This document shows positions 29,605 to 38,561 of a DNA stretch of 47,002 nucleotides, piece by piece. The translations under genes and the position numbers were made by a program. This stretch comes from an uncultured Bacilli bacterium (GTDB taxonomy: Bacteria; Bacillota_I; Bacilli_A; RF39; UBA660). The notes below the pieces were generated by a model. That model was not told the DNA's origin. It was given only the letters and a program-made list of their open reading frames with translations, and did not search any database. Every line of letters starts with the position of its first letter. The first letter of the stretch is position 1. The stretch covers positions 1 through 47,002 of the forward strand of contig CALVSR010000001.1 in the NCBI GenBank assembly GCA_944359075.1, read 5' to 3'.

Positions 29605-30180
29605 TTAGCATTCTACAGAACTATAAACAGTTGCATTCCATCCTGTGCTAGGTCTATATTTTTCTAAACCAGTAATATTATTAATCACCTTATATACGCC
29701 ATTTTCGTTACCACACATTGAATCAATCGTAACTTTGGTATTAGATGGGTTATTTCTTATAATAGAATCACGTTCTAAATCATCTTCTTCTGTTAAACTG
29801 ATATTATATCTTTTAGAATCACGAATAGAAATATAATACTGGTAATCTGGATCTTCATCGGTTCCAGCATTAATGATGGCTACATAACTATATTCAGGTA
29901 ACCAAACTCCATTAAATGGAGATTTCTGCCCACCTTTTTCTAGCTTAATCAAATCCACAGAAATAATAGTAACATCATCTACTCCAATAGGAAATTCGAA
30001 TATTTCACTAGTGGCATCTTTACGAACCGCGTCGATAAAATCTTTAGATGTAGTGATTAAACTATCTTTTCTAGAATTTGTGATATATTGAGTTACCTTA
30101 GGGATTGCTATTATTAATAGTATACCAACAATAACAATAACTGCTAATAATTCAATTAAAGTAAAAGCCTGTTTTCTCAT
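29605..30180 (-). CDS. Type IV pilin-like protein (P3)
   Basis: MRKQA|FTLIELLAVIVIVGILL after a GAGGTG RBS. Roughly half identical to P4 by eye. C-terminal Cys pair (SMCG...SVEC). Confidence 0.85.
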   Translation of the reverse strand: MRKQAFTLIELLAVIVIVGILLIIAIPKVTQYITNSRKDSLITTSKDFIDAVRKDATSEIFEFPIGVDDVTIISVDLIKLEKGGQKSPFNGVWLPEYSYVAIINAGTDEDPDYQYYISIRDSKRYNISLTEEDDLERDSIIRNNPSNTKVTIDSMCGNENGVYKVINNITGLEKYRPSTGWNATVYSSVEC

Positions 30181-30194
30181 TATCAACACCTCTT

Positions 30195-30761
30195 TTAATA
30201 AACAGTTGTAACGCTAAAGTTACCATCTGCAGTTGTTACTGTACCTCCAACCGTAGGCTTTGACATACCAGTACCACTAGAGATTTGAATGATATTTTCA
30301 CTTGTTAAATCATCGTAAGCAATTGCTCCAGCAGTTTGAGTACTATCTGATATAGTTCCAATGCCATAACCATCTTGATCTATAGCAGCAATATACATTT
30401 CATAGTGTGGATCTTCGGCTGTTCTAGTATTCGCAATGACTATAAAAGAACTGTCCGTGACATATTCTGCACCATACGGAGATGTTTTTCCACCTTTATT
30501 TAAATGTTCAATTAAATCATCGAAAAAAATAACAGTTGCTTCATTCGGATTTACTGGAAATTTATAAGTTCCAAGTGTTGCTTGATCCATCGCTGTCGAA
30601 GCATAAGATTGTACATTATTAATATAAGTACTCTTCTTAGAGACATTAATATATTTTGTTACTGATGGAATCGCTATTGCCAACAAAACTCCTAAAATAA
30701 CGATAACAGCTAATAATTCTATTAGGGTAAATCCTTTCTTACTTAATCTTACCTTTTTCAT
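30195..30761 (-). CDS. Type IV pilin-like protein (P2)
   Basis: MKKVRLSKKG|FTLIELLAVIVILGVLL, with an AGGAGAAG RBS. Confidence 0.85.
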   Translation of the reverse strand: MKKVRLSKKGFTLIELLAVIVILGVLLAIAIPSVTKYINVSKKSTYINNVQSYASTAMDQATLGTYKFPVNPNEATVIFFDDLIEHLNKGGKTSPYGAEYVTDSSFIVIANTRTAEDPHYEMYIAAIDQDGYGIGTISDSTQTAGAIAYDDLTSENIIQISSGTGMSKPTVGGTVTTADGNFSVTTVY

Positions 30762-30891
30762 AATAATCTTCTCCTATTCTATTAAACAGTTTAAGTATAT
30801 CATCTTTTCTTTAAATCAACAATATACTTTTTTAACTAAATGTAAAATTTTGGTAATCCAATATGTAAAAATTAATTAGTATTTTCAAATA

Positions 30892-31392
30892 TTAGTAACT
30901 TTGAATATCACCAGACACTCCAGTAATGGTTTTAATTTCTTGATCTGTAGGATTGGTAAAATCTCTCTCAATTAAAGTTAATTTCTGATCACTATCTAGT
31001 TCTTCCTTTTTTCTCAAACGAATTCCTTTATTTTTACCATCTACATTGGCTACTAAATTCACATAGTATTCTAAATATCCATTTTTACGTACAACAGCCA
31101 CATAAGAATTATCCACATCATATGGATTGCCATCTGGGTCCTTTGAAACATCACTAGTACCTACATAAGACAAACGTATTTTTAAAATTTCTGTTGAACT
31201 AGGTTTTTCTATATTACTATTGCTAATTTCATATTCTACTTGAGTAATTAGTTTTTTAGCATCAGCCAAATAAGTTTCTTTCTTATTTTTTTCTAACACA
31301 GATGTAACGTTAGGAATTGCAAGTAACATAATGATTGATAAAATAATAATTACTCCCAACAACTCTACTAGCGTAAAACCTCGTCTGCTCAT
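30892..31392 (-). CDS. Type IV pilin-like protein (P1)
   Basis: MSRRG|FTLVELLGVIIILSIIML, with a GAGGAGG RBS. Confidence 0.85.
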   Translation of the reverse strand: MSRRGFTLVELLGVIIILSIIMLLAIPNVTSVLEKNKKETYLADAKKLITQVEYEISNSNIEKPSSTEILKIRLSYVGTSDVSKDPDGNPYDVDNSYVAVVRKNGYLEYYVNLVANVDGKNKGIRLRKKEELDSDQKLTLIERDFTNPTDQEIKTITGVSGDIQSY

Positions 31393-31553
31393 ATCTTACC
31401 TCCTCGTATTGTTATCATTATAAAACGAAATCATAAAAACTTCAATGCTTTTGATTATAAATTCATTTGTATTCTATTTTTATATTTTTATCTAGAATCA
31501 TGCAAAATAGTATATTTTTTTCAGATTATCCAATAATAACATTAGGTGATATT

Positions 31554-33035
31554 ATGAACAACCATTCTATTTGGGAAAATGATTTGCACAATCAAAATCA
31601 AGCATCAAAGAAGAAAAAATTAGATTTACAAACAGATATTCTGATTATTGGTGGTGGAATTACAGGAATTACGACTGCTTATTTTCTGAAAAACTCTGAT
31701 CAAAAAGTTACACTAATTGATAAAGGACTAATTGGAATGGGCGTGACCTGTAAAACAACAGCCAAGCTCAATTATTTGCAAGGAATTATCTATCAAGAAT
31801 TGGAAAAAAATTTTGATCAACGAACGAGTAAGCTTTATTTTGATGCGCAACAAGAAGCTATCGACCTCATTACTAAAATAATCGCAAAAGAAAAAATCGA
31901 ATGTGATTTGCAGCAATGCGATTCCTTTATTTTTACCAAAGAAAAAAAAGGAATTCCCAAAATTGATAAAGAAAAAGAAATCTTAGAAGGATGGGATATC
32001 AAGTGCGGAACCGTTCATCAATTACCCATTCATTTTCCAATAGAATATGGTATCGTAACCAAGGATACTTATACTTTTCATCCACTTCAATATATTCAAG
32101 CATTAAAAAAGATTATCCAAGAAAAGATAACTATTTACGAACAGGTAATTGCTTTAGAAATTACGAAAGAAAAAGATCTTTTTCAAATCAAAACCAACCA
32201 AGGAGTAATTTCTTCTAAATATGTAATAGTAGCATGTCATTACCCTTTTTTCTTATGGCCCGGCTTCATTCCTGTCAAAACTTATATCAAAAGAGAGTAT
32301 GTAAATGCTAGTAAATTTCAAAAAAACTGTAGTCCTTTTACTGCAATTAGCATCGATTCTACATTACACTCTATTCGTTTTTATAAAGATTATATCATTT
32401 ATGGTTCTAATCAACATCGCTTAACCAATCAAATTGACTATCAAAAAAATTATCAAAAAAGTAAAAATGATTTCAAACGACTTTTTTCCAAAGAACCTGA
32501 ATATACTTGGATGAATCAGGATGTCATGTCCAATGATAAGCTACCTATTGTTGGAGTGATAGATAATAATAACCACAATCTATTAGTCGCAACTGCATTT
32601 GGTGCTTGGGGAATGACCAATGGAACGATTGCAGCCAAGATATTAGCAGATATTGTTTTAGAACATCCTAATCGATATATAGCATTATTTCAACCAAAAA
32701 GAAAAAATATTACTAGTGTGGTACAATCTATAATTGGTGTTCTTCACTATTCAAAAGTCTATTTGCAAACCACCATCAAAAAAAATCCTGTATTTTATAA
32801 TGATCATGTATATATTATAAAAATCAATGGCAATTACTATGGTGTTTATTACGATTATTATGGTAAAAAGCACATTGTCCATCATAAATGTCCACATATG
32901 AAATGTAACTTAGTATTTAATGATGAAGAAAAAACATGGGATTGTCCTTGCCATGGTTCCAGATTTGATATCGACGGAAAAGTATTAGAAGGTCCTGCCA
33001 ATTATTCTATTAGTGTCAATTTTCAAAATGAGTAG
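31554..33035 (+). CDS. FAD-dependent oxidoreductase with C-terminal Rieske [2Fe-2S] domain (YhfW-like architecture)
   Basis: IIGGGITGITTAY dinucleotide fold. CPHMKC-x13-CPCHGSRF Rieske motif. Start set at the ATG at 31554 behind an AGGTGA RBS. Confidence 0.8.
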   Translation: MNNHSIWENDLHNQNQASKKKKLDLQTDILIIGGGITGITTAYFLKNSDQKVTLIDKGLIGMGVTCKTTAKLNYLQGIIYQELEKNFDQRTSKLYFDAQQEAIDLITKIIAKEKIECDLQQCDSFIFTKEKKGIPKIDKEKEILEGWDIKCGTVHQLPIHFPIEYGIVTKDTYTFHPLQYIQALKKIIQEKITIYEQVIALEITKEKDLFQIKTNQGVISSKYVIVACHYPFFLWPGFIPVKTYIKREYVNASKFQKNCSPFTAISIDSTLHSIRFYKDYIIYGSNQHRLTNQIDYQKNYQKSKNDFKRLFSKEPEYTWMNQDVMSNDKLPIVGVIDNNNHNLLVATAFGAWGMTNGTIAAKILADIVLEHPNRYIALFQPKRKNITSVVQSIIGVLHYSKVYLQTTIKKNPVFYNDHVYIIKINGNYYGVYYDYYGKKHIVHHKCPHMKCNLVFNDEEKTWDCPCHGSRFDIDGKVLEGPANYSISVNFQNE

Positions 33036-33150
33036 TAGAAAATATTATACAAAAAAGCATCTATGATTATTTATTTTCTCTACCACTAAATCTTTCTATG
33101 GCATTTTTCCTATTTCAAAATATAATATATTAGAGAGGAGTAATGATTTT

Positions 33151-33267
33151 ATGTTTGGTGGATGTGGATGTAATCAAGGTTCTTGGTTATGGATCGTATT
33201 AATTGTATTTTTAATTCTTATTATTTGTAGACAAGATAGAAGACATGAATGCTGTCCGAATCATTAA
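33151..33267 (+). CDS. 38-aa Cys-rich small membrane peptide (YjcZ-like?)
   Basis: Below the ORF-track size cutoff. GAGAGGAG RBS 9 nt upstream. MFGGCGCNQGSWLWIVLIVFLILIICRQDRRHECCPNH. Followed by a perfect 10-bp-stem terminator. Confidence 0.45.
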   Translation: MFGGCGCNQGSWLWIVLIVFLILIICRQDRRHECCPNH

Positions 33268-33283
33268 TCTATAATAATTTTTT

Positions 33284-33318
33284 AAGATCATTTTAATATT
33301 ATAAATGATCTTTTTTTA
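33284..33318 (+). terminator. Rho-independent terminator
   Basis: AAGATCATTT / AAATGATCTT perfect 10-bp stem, 9-nt loop, T7 run. Confidence 0.7.
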
Positions 33319-33339
33319 ACTTAGAAATAGATTGAAAAC

Positions 33340-34008
33340 TCACCTATTGGTTTCTGATTCTAATTCTTTATCGATAATCCACTTTATATCCTCGATGGAT
33401 TTTTCTATATTAAAACGACCATTCCCTACTGGGTAGTAAACAGAATAAAACTTATATTCTGTTCCATTTATCTTTTTGGTAAACGGCTTTTTTCTTACTT
33501 GCGATACTGAAATTTTCTGACCTAGCACAATGGAACTAACTTGATTACCGAATAAAATAATGACAGTCGGTTTGATGATTTCAAATTCTTTCTCTAATAA
33601 ATTTAAATATTTTAAATAAACAGAATTCGGTAATTCTCTAGCATCTATTTGCGTACATTTTCCTAAATTGGTAATAAAGTATTTATGCTTTTCTACATTA
33701 TGATATACTTCTTCTGCAAATGCTTCTGTCCATTCGCTACCTTTCATTTGCTTGATTTTACTATAAAGCTCTTGATCTATTAAATGGAGAGTATAAAACA
33801 AATCCCAAATATTTTTGGTTCCTATCCATGGAGATTTCAATCCTTTCCATTCTTTAGAAGAGGCAATATTTCTACTAGTAGGATTCATAAACACAAAGCA
33901 AATATTAGGATGATCATCACATCCGCCATTATAAATCGAATCCAATTCTTTGGCACCATACTTTTTTTGAAGTTTATCATATTCTCTGTTTAAATCTTGT
34001 AAATTCAT
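33340..34008 (-). CDS. Uracil-DNA glycosylase superfamily protein
   Basis: CFVFMNPTSRN (motif A-like) and YYPVGNGRFN (motif B-like). Family assignment is from memory only. Confidence 0.5.
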   Translation of the reverse strand: MNLQDLNREYDKLQKKYGAKELDSIYNGGCDDHPNICFVFMNPTSRNIASSKEWKGLKSPWIGTKNIWDLFYTLHLIDQELYSKIKQMKGSEWTEAFAEEVYHNVEKHKYFITNLGKCTQIDARELPNSVYLKYLNLLEKEFEIIKPTVIILFGNQVSSIVLGQKISVSQVRKKPFTKKINGTEYKFYSVYYPVGNGRFNIEKSIEDIKWIIDKELESETNR

Positions 34009-34137
34009 ACTACACTCCTTTATACTTTAATAATATAGCATATCCCCATCTTCCATTCAAGTGAATAGATTACTAATCACATGTCATCTTTTTCAATAAA
34101 GTAAGCGATTCTATAAAATAAAAACTACCTACTACAG

Positions 34138-34894
34138 TTAGTAAGCAGTTTTAGATAAATTTTCATTTGCGCTTCTTAATATTCGAATAAAATGGTTAGC
34201 TTCTCTTACCACATGATCTGCTAAAAGTGGAATGATAATACTTCTGATCTTACAACTTAGAATTCCTTCTTCGCCGGTTACTTTGAAATTCCTAAAATTT
34301 ATCGTTTCTTGTAAACTAGTACTGGTTAAAGAAACAGGATTATTACTATAATTTCTCATAATTATCTCATATTCTTCTGCATACCTATCGGCTGTTAAAA
34401 TCAATTCTTTTTCCGTTGGATCTAATAAACCTCTAATAAATTCGGCATGTTCTTTCATAATGTTATTCCAAAACATTTCTTGCTCATAAATATAATTTTG
34501 TGTAAATGGTTCTCTGTTTTCAATTTTACTTAATAAAGTATGATACATTTTGGCTTCGTTCATAATATGCTCGATTAATAGTGGATAATTGGTAGTATAC
34601 ATTTTACAGGATAACACCTGGTTTAAAATATCATTCTTAAACTGAATTAAGTTTTGTATGATTGGTAACCATTTCACCAGCAGAAAGAAATTCTCTGCTA
34701 ATATTACCATTCGCCAAACTAATTGCATTTTCTAAAATATCTGCAAATGCCTGTTGAAAATCATAGGCTACTCTTTTCAAACTTTCATCCTTTTCAGTAA
34801 ATGCAGCTCCTAAAAAGAAACTGTGTTCTTTCATAATGCGATCAAAAAACAAATGTAATTCTAATGATAACCTTACATAATCTTGACGATTCAT
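34138..34894 (-). pseudogene. DUF2935 family protein, split into two overlapping ORFs
   Basis: SLELHLFFDRIMKEHSFFLGA and FWNNIMKEHAEFIRGLL are the two DUF2935-type repeats. The frame changes somewhere in 34637-34728. Confidence 0.55.
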
Positions 34895-35006
34895 ATTTTT
34901 GCTCCTCCTAATAATTTATATGTATATAAATAAAAGAAAATATCTTTCATATACTAAATTTTATTTACATATGAATAACTATGAAAATGAAGAAATGGGT
35001 GAAAAA

Positions 35007-36377
35007 ATGAATAAAAGAATTGCGTTGTATTTATTGGGATTTTGTACACTAATGATAGTAAGCTTTACTTGGATCTTTTTTAGTCAAAAAGAATCTTTAG
35101 TAGAAACAAATGAACTTACAGCTACTGTAATTTCTGTTAATGATAGTCAGATAACGATGCAAGATCATAATAACATTATTTATACATTCCCTAACAAAAA
35201 TGTGAATGCAGATATTGGCTCTAGTATCGTAATTGAATATTCGGGAATTCTTGATAAAAATACAGAAATTCAGGAAAGCAATATTGTTAGTTATATTCCT
35301 TCTACATTGGCAACAGATGAAAATGGAATCCCAATGACATGGTTGGATCATGGCATTTTTAGTAAGTATTATATTCTAGCAAATAATAAATTGAAAACTT
35401 TATCTTTAGATGAAAAAATTGGACAATTGTTTTTAGTTAGATATCCGGATACAGATGCCAAAGAGGCTTTACAAACATACCAATTCGGTGGATATTTATT
35501 CTTTGAAAAAGATTTTACAAATAAGACAGAAACAGAAGTAAAAAATATGATCAATGAATTACAAGAGATTAGCAAAATTCCGTTACTAACAGCAGTGGAT
35601 GAAGAAGGTGGAAAAATAGTTAGAGTTAGCAGCAATTCGAATTTAGTAGCTTCACCTTTCCTATCTTCACAGCAACTATATACTTTAGGTGGTTTCGCCA
35701 TGATTACACAAGATACTATTACCAAAAGTAGAGTTTTAAGCAATTTAGGTCTTAATGTAAACTTAGCTCCTGTTGTGGATGTATCCACCAATTCGAATGA
35801 TTACATTTATGAACGTAGCTTTGGACAAAACACAGAACTTACTTCTACCTACGCTAAAACAGTCATTGAAGCTAGTAAAGGAAATGACGTTTCATACACA
35901 TTAAAACATTTTCCCGGTTATGGAAATAATAGTGATACCCATGATAATAATTCCATTGATAATCGTACATTAGAAGATATCGTGAAATACGATTTACCAC
36001 CATTTGAAGCAGGAATTCAAGCTGGAGCAGAAGCGGTTTTAATCAGTCATAATACTGTTGTGAATATCGATAAAGATAATCCCGCTTCTCTTTCCGCTAG
36101 TGTTCACAATTTGCTTAGAAATGATTTGGATTTTACAGGAATTATTATAACGGATAATCTAGATATGGGTGCTATTTCTAATATTGATGATGCCACTGTA
36201 AAAGCAATTCTAGCAGGAAATGATTTGATTATTACTACTGATTACAAAACCAGCATAGAAGCAGTAAAACAAGCGCTTTATAACGGAACAATCAGTGAAG
36301 ACTTAATTAATAAACTAGCATTCAGAGTAATTGCATGGAAATATTATAAAGGACTTATGTATGATAATCAAAAGTAA
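35007..36377 (+). CDS. Membrane-anchored glycoside hydrolase family 3 (NagZ-like beta-N-acetylhexosaminidase)
   Basis: TM segment RIALYLLGFCTLMIVSFTWIFF. GH3 motifs KIGQLFLV, AVDEEGGKIVR and KHFPGYGN. Start set at 35007 behind a GGGTGA RBS. Confidence 0.85.
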   Translation: MNKRIALYLLGFCTLMIVSFTWIFFSQKESLVETNELTATVISVNDSQITMQDHNNIIYTFPNKNVNADIGSSIVIEYSGILDKNTEIQESNIVSYIPSTLATDENGIPMTWLDHGIFSKYYILANNKLKTLSLDEKIGQLFLVRYPDTDAKEALQTYQFGGYLFFEKDFTNKTETEVKNMINELQEISKIPLLTAVDEEGGKIVRVSSNSNLVASPFLSSQQLYTLGGFAMITQDTITKSRVLSNLGLNVNLAPVVDVSTNSNDYIYERSFGQNTELTSTYAKTVIEASKGNDVSYTLKHFPGYGNNSDTHDNNSIDNRTLEDIVKYDLPPFEAGIQAGAEAVLISHNTVVNIDKDNPASLSASVHNLLRNDLDFTGIIITDNLDMGAISNIDDATVKAILAGNDLIITTDYKTSIEAVKQALYNGTISEDLINKLAFRVIAWKYYKGLMYDNQK

Positions 36378-36406
36378 AAGCGCATTTTATCAGATTGCGC
36401 TTTTTT
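36376..36406. terminator. Bidirectional terminator between convergent genes
   Basis: AAAAGCGCA-loop-TGCGCTTTT hairpin with A/T runs on both sides. Confidence 0.65.
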
Positions 36407-36956
36407 AGTTTAAATTTAATTTTTGATAAGGAATTACTACTCGAAAACTGCCATCAGAATAAGGAGCCACTTGATATTGTTCAAAGAATATAATCAATCC
36501 CTCTTTAGAAAAAGCAAAATTTCTAAAATTCTCTAACCTTGGTTCCGTTCCTTCCATTAGCATATCTTTCTGAAAATAAGAGGTTTGAAAACTAGGATAT
36601 TTTTTTAAAATCGCTCTACTTTCTTCTGACAAGATTTTTAATAAGTCTGCATTATCTTTTGCTAAATTAGAAATCGTAATAATTTGATTTTTTTCTTTGT
36701 TATAAGTAATTGTATGAATGGTATTATTAGGATGAGCTCCCCCTGTATACACGGAAGTAAAGAAGACGTAAGATAGATAGAATTGATAGGAATATTTTTC
36801 ATAGTACATATCTAAAGTATAAGTAAAATTAGGTTGTATAGTACTTTTTCCGTATTCCATAAACTCATCTAAAAGAGAATCTACATATTTTTTTATTTCT
36901 TGATTCAAAATAGAATATTCCGTTCTTGGATAAGTTATTCTAATTTCATTTTTCAT
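36405..36956 (-). CDS. DUF3298/DUF4163 (RsiV C-terminal-like) domain protein
   Basis: SVYTGGAHPNN and FEQYQVAPYSDGSFRVVIPY are typical of DUF3298. Confidence 0.6.
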   Translation of the reverse strand: MKNEIRITYPRTEYSILNQEIKKYVDSLLDEFMEYGKSTIQPNFTYTLDMYYEKYSYQFYLSYVFFTSVYTGGAHPNNTIHTITYNKEKNQIITISNLAKDNADLLKILSEESRAILKKYPSFQTSYFQKDMLMEGTEPRLENFRNFAFSKEGLIIFFEQYQVAPYSDGSFRVVIPYQKLNLN

Positions 36957-37186
36957 ATATTTCACCATTATAATTTATGTAAAAAAGAAAAAAGAGTAAC
37001 GCTTACCCTAATCAAATCTATTAATCACTATCTAATTCTTTTCGTTGTTACATCGTTAAATCAGTCGCTTTAGAAATCAGCTCAATATCTAGTTTTTCCT
37101 ATTGTCATTTTATCTTTAAACTAACTCATAAAAACATCACCTCATCGGTTTGTCTATATTATACTCAAAGTTTTCAACATTAGAAT

Positions 37187-37645
37187 CTAATTTTGATTCT
37201 TTTCTAGTTGCAATAATTTCTCTTTTACTTCTATCCCGCAAGCAAATCCCGTTAAACTACCATTTTTGCCAATTACTCGATGACACGGCACAATAATTAA
37301 TAAAGGATTATGATGAATGGCTCCTCCCACTGCTCGTACTGCTTTTGGATTTTGGATAGCTAACGCAATTTCACTATAGGAGATGGTTTTGCCATAAGGA
37401 ATTTTCAAAAGTTCTTGCCATACTTGTTTTTGAAATTCGGTACCAATCAGTTCTATTTCTATATCAAAATCTTTTCTTACTCTTAAAAAATATTCTGTTA
37501 ATTGTTTTTTGCATTTCTCTAAAAGGAGAGTTTTTCCTACTGGTTTCTCTCTTCTCGTTACTAATGTAATATTCGTAATTTTAAAACTTTGCTCTTCTAT
37601 TTCTAGAAGACCAATGGGAGTTTCTAAATAATCGTAATTTTGCAT
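37187..37645 (-). CDS. ogt: Methylated-DNA--protein-cysteine methyltransferase
   Basis: Active site PCHRVIG and the YGKTISYSEIA helix. Start set at MQNYDYLETPIG; the longer track ORF overlaps folD. Confidence 0.85.
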   Translation of the reverse strand: MQNYDYLETPIGLLEIEEQSFKITNITLVTRREKPVGKTLLLEKCKKQLTEYFLRVRKDFDIEIELIGTEFQKQVWQELLKIPYGKTISYSEIALAIQNPKAVRAVGGAIHHNPLLIIVPCHRVIGKNGSLTGFACGIEVKEKLLQLEKNQN

Positions 37646-37689
37646 CGAACCACTTTCTTTCTTTATAAAATTATCTATTTCTACTGTCA

Positions 37690-38514
37690 CTATTCTTCCA
37701 TTAATAATTTTGTAGTCTCTATCAGGTTCCAAAACAAATAGATAGGGGTTAGTTGTCCTACTCCACCTGGAACTGGTGTTATCATGGATACAATATTTTT
37801 TACAGATTCAAAATCAACATCACCAACTATTCTTCCATCTAAGTCATTCGTCCCAACATCTATAACGATTTGTCCTTCTTTAAAATACTCATCAGTAAAA
37901 TATTTAGCTTTCCCAATTGCTGAAATAATAATTTCGGCATTTTTCATGATCTCTTTTAAGTTTTCTGTCTTAGAATCACATAAAGTTACTTGATTATCTT
38001 TTCTTAAAATCTGATATAGAGGCATTCCTACTAAATTACTTTTTCCAATAATTACTATTTTTCTATTTTTTAATAAAATATTATACTCTTCCAAGACTTT
38101 TAAAACAGCTCTAGCAGTACATGGTATCATACAAGACTTTCCTTTTAATAATCTTTCTTGATTTTCTTTTGTTACTCCATCTACATCTTTTTTATAATCC
38201 ATATAATTTACTAATTCCTGATAATCAAACTTTTTTAAAATAGGTTTTTGAATCATAATACCAGTAATATCTAGATTCTCATTCAGTTCTAATATCTTCT
38301 CTATAATCTCTTCTTTAGGGGTAGACTCATTATAATTTATTTCTATCAATTCTATTCCTAAGTTTTGAGCTAATTTCCTTTTACTTCTCAAATAAATATC
38401 ATTTTCTTGAAAATATCCAATTTGAATGACTGCTAAAGTAAGTTTGCTGTTTATGCTTTGTTTTAATCTTAAAAGTTCTTTTTCTCTAATATTTTTACAT
38501 TCTAATATTTGCAT
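37690..38514 (-). CDS. folD: Bifunctional methylenetetrahydrofolate dehydrogenase/cyclohydrolase
   Basis: KDVDG, PCTA, IIGKSNLVGMP and TPVPGGVGQLT motifs. Confidence 0.88.
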   Translation of the reverse strand: MQILECKNIREKELLRLKQSINSKLTLAVIQIGYFQENDIYLRSKRKLAQNLGIELIEINYNESTPKEEIIEKILELNENLDITGIMIQKPILKKFDYQELVNYMDYKKDVDGVTKENQERLLKGKSCMIPCTARAVLKVLEEYNILLKNRKIVIIGKSNLVGMPLYQILRKDNQVTLCDSKTENLKEIMKNAEIIISAIGKAKYFTDEYFKEGQIVIDVGTNDLDGRIVGDVDFESVKNIVSMITPVPGGVGQLTPIYLFWNLIETTKLLMEE

Positions 38515-38561
38515 TATCTACCACCACCTATTGATTAATTTCTTCTAGGTAAAACCTATCA

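Noticed and set aside
27977-37732. Long N-terminal extensions in track ORFs (nfo 28957, FAD/Rieske 31467, GH3 34899, ogt 37732, sigK 25625, yqeG 22593)
   Set aside because: Internal ATGs preceded by AGGTGA/GGGTGA-type RBSs match the family N-termini. The extensions overlap neighbouring genes or promoters.
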